Shown here: positions 60,910-64,000 of the stretch, piece by piece
Numbering within the stretch: the stretch's first letter is position 1
Layout: each line of letters begins with the position of its first letter
From: a virus
Lineage: Duplodnaviria > Caudoviricetes
Strand: one strand, 5' to 3'
Virus record (IMG/VR): IMGVR_UViG_3300028591_000079
Coordinates: 1 to 64,000 of that record
Length of the DNA stretch: 64,000 nucleotides
The notes under the pieces: model-generated
The model's input: only the letters and a program-made list of their open reading frames with translations
Database searches by the model: none
What the model was told of the DNA's origin: nothing
Program-made: the position numbers and the translations under genes

Positions 60910-61340
60910 ACAGGACTCTAAGGCTCAAAATAAGGACTCCAAAAGACTATAAAAAGGGACTCCAAAAGACTGAAAAAAGACTCCAAGGACTAATTAACAA
61001 CTGTTTTCAAAGCCTAAGTCCATTTTGAGTCTCATAGCACGCATTTAATTCTAGTCCTTTCAAAGTCTTATTCAGTCCGGCCCAAAGACTATTATAAGAC
61101 TTATTTTTATGGACTATGAGATGGGATAAAAGTCTTGAATGTATAGTTGTGGCCCAAGATAATAAAAGTCTCTGTACGGTCAAAAAAAGTAGGTTTATGG
61201 AGACTTTGTATTTTTAGATTTTAGATGGGTGAGATTTTTTTATTATGAGTTGATAGTGGGGTGAGACTAATATATAGAGATGATGCGGTAATAAAAGAGA
61301 CTATATTAGGACTGGAGAGGACTATTAAAAGACTAAAAAG
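60910..61340. repeat. GACT/AGTC-rich repeat cluster; candidate origin or terminus region
   Basis: GGACTCCAAAAGACT direct repeat (60934, 60957), about 25 GACT/AGTC words, C-rich to G-rich strand switch. Confidence 0.45.
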
Positions 61341-61499
61341 GGGAGTTTTGTATTGACAGATGTATATACAAAGGCAAGGAAATTCTTAAGAGGAAAAGGA
61401 AGGGGTAAAAAATAAAAAATGTAGTAAATTCAATAGATTAGAAAAAATAAGGCTAAAAAGTTTGTATAGACATTTGTATAGACATTATGAAGATTTGGG

Positions 61500-62080
61500 T
61501 ATAAAAAAGAAAAGTCCCGATCTAGGAGTAGTAAGATTGGGACTAAAAAGGAGTTATGGAATATGTCTTAGGCCTAGAGGAGAGAGAATGTAGGAGGGAG
61601 ACTAGGACCTAAGACTTGTGTGTGTATATGAATGACTAAGAGGTACTATAAGTAAAACAAACCAGTCAAAACAAGAACACGCGGTAGATTATAGGATGGT
61701 TTAGGATGGGTGTCAAGATTAATGTTTTATGGGAGGATGATAAGAAAAAGAAAAACCCTCCTAGTCTATGCTCTAAGAGGGTTACGCAACATGTTTATAA
61801 TCTACATCGTCTACTTTTGTCCTTGAGACTGGAGGATTTCTATAAGACTGAACAGATATCAATAAAAAGATCTTATAGATAAACCAGACAAGGGGGTACA
61901 TCAAGCAAACGGATCTATGGTAGAGGAGAGAGAATGTAGGAAAGGGAATCTACCATAGGCCTGTTTACTCTAGCTGAGGGGATAAGATGAAAGGAAGGAA
62001 AGGAGAAATTTGGACTACTGGAGAAAAAGAAATAATAACGTTCAACGAGTCCAAAAAGATCTTATCCCCCTTGCTGAGTA
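61500..62080. ncRNA. Candidate structured non-coding RNA with repeated hairpin loops
   Basis: No ORF of 60 aa or more; two hairpins share the loop TAGAGGAGAGAGAATGTAGGA; further long stems; minus-strand promoter TTGATA-17-TATAAT at 62088-62116. Confidence 0.4.
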
Positions 62081-62112
62081 CGAATACATTATAAGCCTAT
62101 TTAATTATATTA

Positions 62113-63857
62113 TCAAGCTTTATTTTTCTTATTTTGATTAATTTTATTAGGTTTACATGTATTATTTGGTGTTTTGAATGTTTTAGTTATTGGTTTTGTT
62201 CCTAGGGCCTGAGAGAATGCTTGACCAACTTGAGAGAATGAGGTGTTAGTATTTAGGCATTTGATCAGGTTTTTCATAAGGTTATCTTGGATTTGTTTAT
62301 TTGTTTTAGTCATTTATATCTCCTTCATCTTCGTTATAGTCTTCACCCCATTTTTCTGCTTCTTCTTTCCATTTAGACTTTTTATATTCTTCCTGGGCGA
62401 TTTTGAGGTTACGGTCTATCATGATTTGTTCTATTTTCTGGCGTGCTTCTTCTGCTAATTTTTGGGTAGAGAATAGGCAGCGGTAAGGTAAGACATCATA
62501 TACAGGTCCTCTACGTTCTTTAATATCCACACCAAATTCCCAATACTGTTTAGCCACCTTCATAAATTCTTCTACAGTCTTTGGTTTAGTCCCATCTGGT
62601 GCATGTTTGGTTGATACGATTCTGGTAGAGACTTTATAGATGTGTTGTTTTTGTGTGATTTTAGGTGTGTTATTGATGAGTGTTGTTGTTTGTTTTATTG
62701 CCATTTATCCCTCCTTTGGTTTGTTTAGGCGTTGATCATTACAGTCATTTTGAAGTTATTATCCATCAAAAAGAGTTCATCATATCTAACAGTATCCCAG
62801 TCTATATTTAGGTTAGGATAGTTTTCTTTTACGTATTGGGTTAGTTTTTCTTCCAGCTGCGCATATAATTGATCCAGGACTTTTTGTTGTTTATACATTT
62901 CTTTATCTGGTACATCTGGGAAGAAGGTAGATTTCCATATTTCTGTATTCTCTCCCATGCCTGCTTCCATTGTCAATTCATCACCTTCTTCATTTGTATA
63001 TACGCTGATGGATAATGGGATGGATTTGTTATTATAGGTTAGTTTGATTTCGTTCATTTGTTATATCTCCTTAGTATTGTAAAAAAAGAAACCCCATCAA
63101 AAGGACTGTAGCATATGATGGGGATAAGTCAAAATTAAATCATATCTTTTTGTTAACATTTAGGGGGCTGATTACTAGACGGTTCGAACTTGATCTTATA
63201 CCCATCTTTCCACGTAGCCCCCAATCTAACATTCCGATATTTTCCAGACCCGATTATTACACCATAGTAGTTTCCCATAGAGTAAGTTCTGCCGGCCCAA
63301 GGTTTTCCGTTAGATTTTAGTACAGGATTTCCACTAGAGTCTACAACAGAATAGGTTCCAGTCACACCAGTATAGTTCTTTCTATTGAATTTTGTTATAA
63401 AGATATCTGACATAATTCCTCTCCTTTTCTTTGAGTTGTTGTTTAATAGATTGCCAAAAGTTTATAAAATCCTTTGTTCATCTTGCTTACAACCATATCA
63501 TTAAAAAACATTAAGGTACAGCTGTTTTTTTATATCTCCCAAACATTAATTTCTTGCTTTTATCTCCTTTATCATTTATACTTATTTCGGACTTATTTGC
63601 GGTTATTGATTCTACTACCATTTTTTGTTTATGATATTGTTTTGAATCACGATTAGTTCAGAGTCTTTCATCCCAATTTCTTTCAAAACCTTCTTTATTT
63701 CTTCTTCTGCTTTTTTACGTATTCTCTTGGCCTCATTCTCTTTACCCAATCTCATAAGTGTCGCGTATTGTTCTACCTTTTTCATGACTCCGCGTTCTTC
63801 CAGCATTTTATTTGCTTTGTTATATTTACGTTTGATTCTATATTCTTTGAAAAACAT
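62113..63857 (-). other. Small hypothetical early genes (62113-62313, 62306-62704, 62725-63057, 63153-63413, 63615-63857)
   Basis: Each is preceded by an AGGAG/GGAGG-type RBS. Confidence 0.65.
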
Positions 63858-64000
63858 ATCCGGTCTCCTTTTATTTATTACATTGCCACTGTAGAATCTG
63901 TTATTAGTGTTTTGTTGTTATCTAAAGCCTCAATTTTATATCCATCATCTGTCAAATAAATCAAGACTGTCAGTTCATCATTTACCTTCACCTCTATTGC

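Noticed and set aside
60602-62112. tRNA genes in the long non-coding region
   Set aside because: No cloverleaf or T-loop (GTTCRA) pattern found by eye
83-63959. Many short ORFs in the track lying antisense to or inside longer genes (e.g. 382-612, 1743-2048, 13350-13610, 24328-24825, 28427-28897)
   Set aside because: Shadow ORFs without an RBS or recognisable motifs, overlapping well-supported genes

Overview
AT-rich segment of a large (probably jumbo) tailed phage: T4 gp23-like major capsid gene at 20670-22229, standard genetic code, no RNA genes or CRISPR seen. Three blocks. (1) 1-16.2 kb is a tail-fibre/receptor-binding-protein shufflon. Five copies of a 14-bp site (TTCTTATCCTCGAA) in both orientations join one constant 5' half-gene in frame to at least four alternative 3' cassettes. 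The cassettes carry NlpC/P60-like, SGNH-esterase or circularly permuted DD-peptidase modules, and a tyrosine recombinase gene lies next to the last site. (2) 27.0-43.1 kb is a tightly coupled operon with seven paralogous radical-SAM domains sharing a CGH...CxxC tail, a methylthiotransferase-like fusion, FdtA/DegT amino-sugar enzymes, two GT2s and a carbamoyltransferase. These surround two paralogous proteins ending in Cys-(Ser)20-23-(I)FIAY, so this is a candidate RiPP-like or virion-protein modification system; it is headed by the same AGTTCTA motif as the capsid and tail genes. (3) 43-64 kb holds early-type small genes, many sharing a C-terminal ILEELLK-like tag, plus an HUH protein apparently lacking its catalytic Tyr and a 1.5-kb non-coding region with GACT repeats, a skew switch and repeated hairpins. 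All product calls come from motif recognition by eye; no database searches were run.
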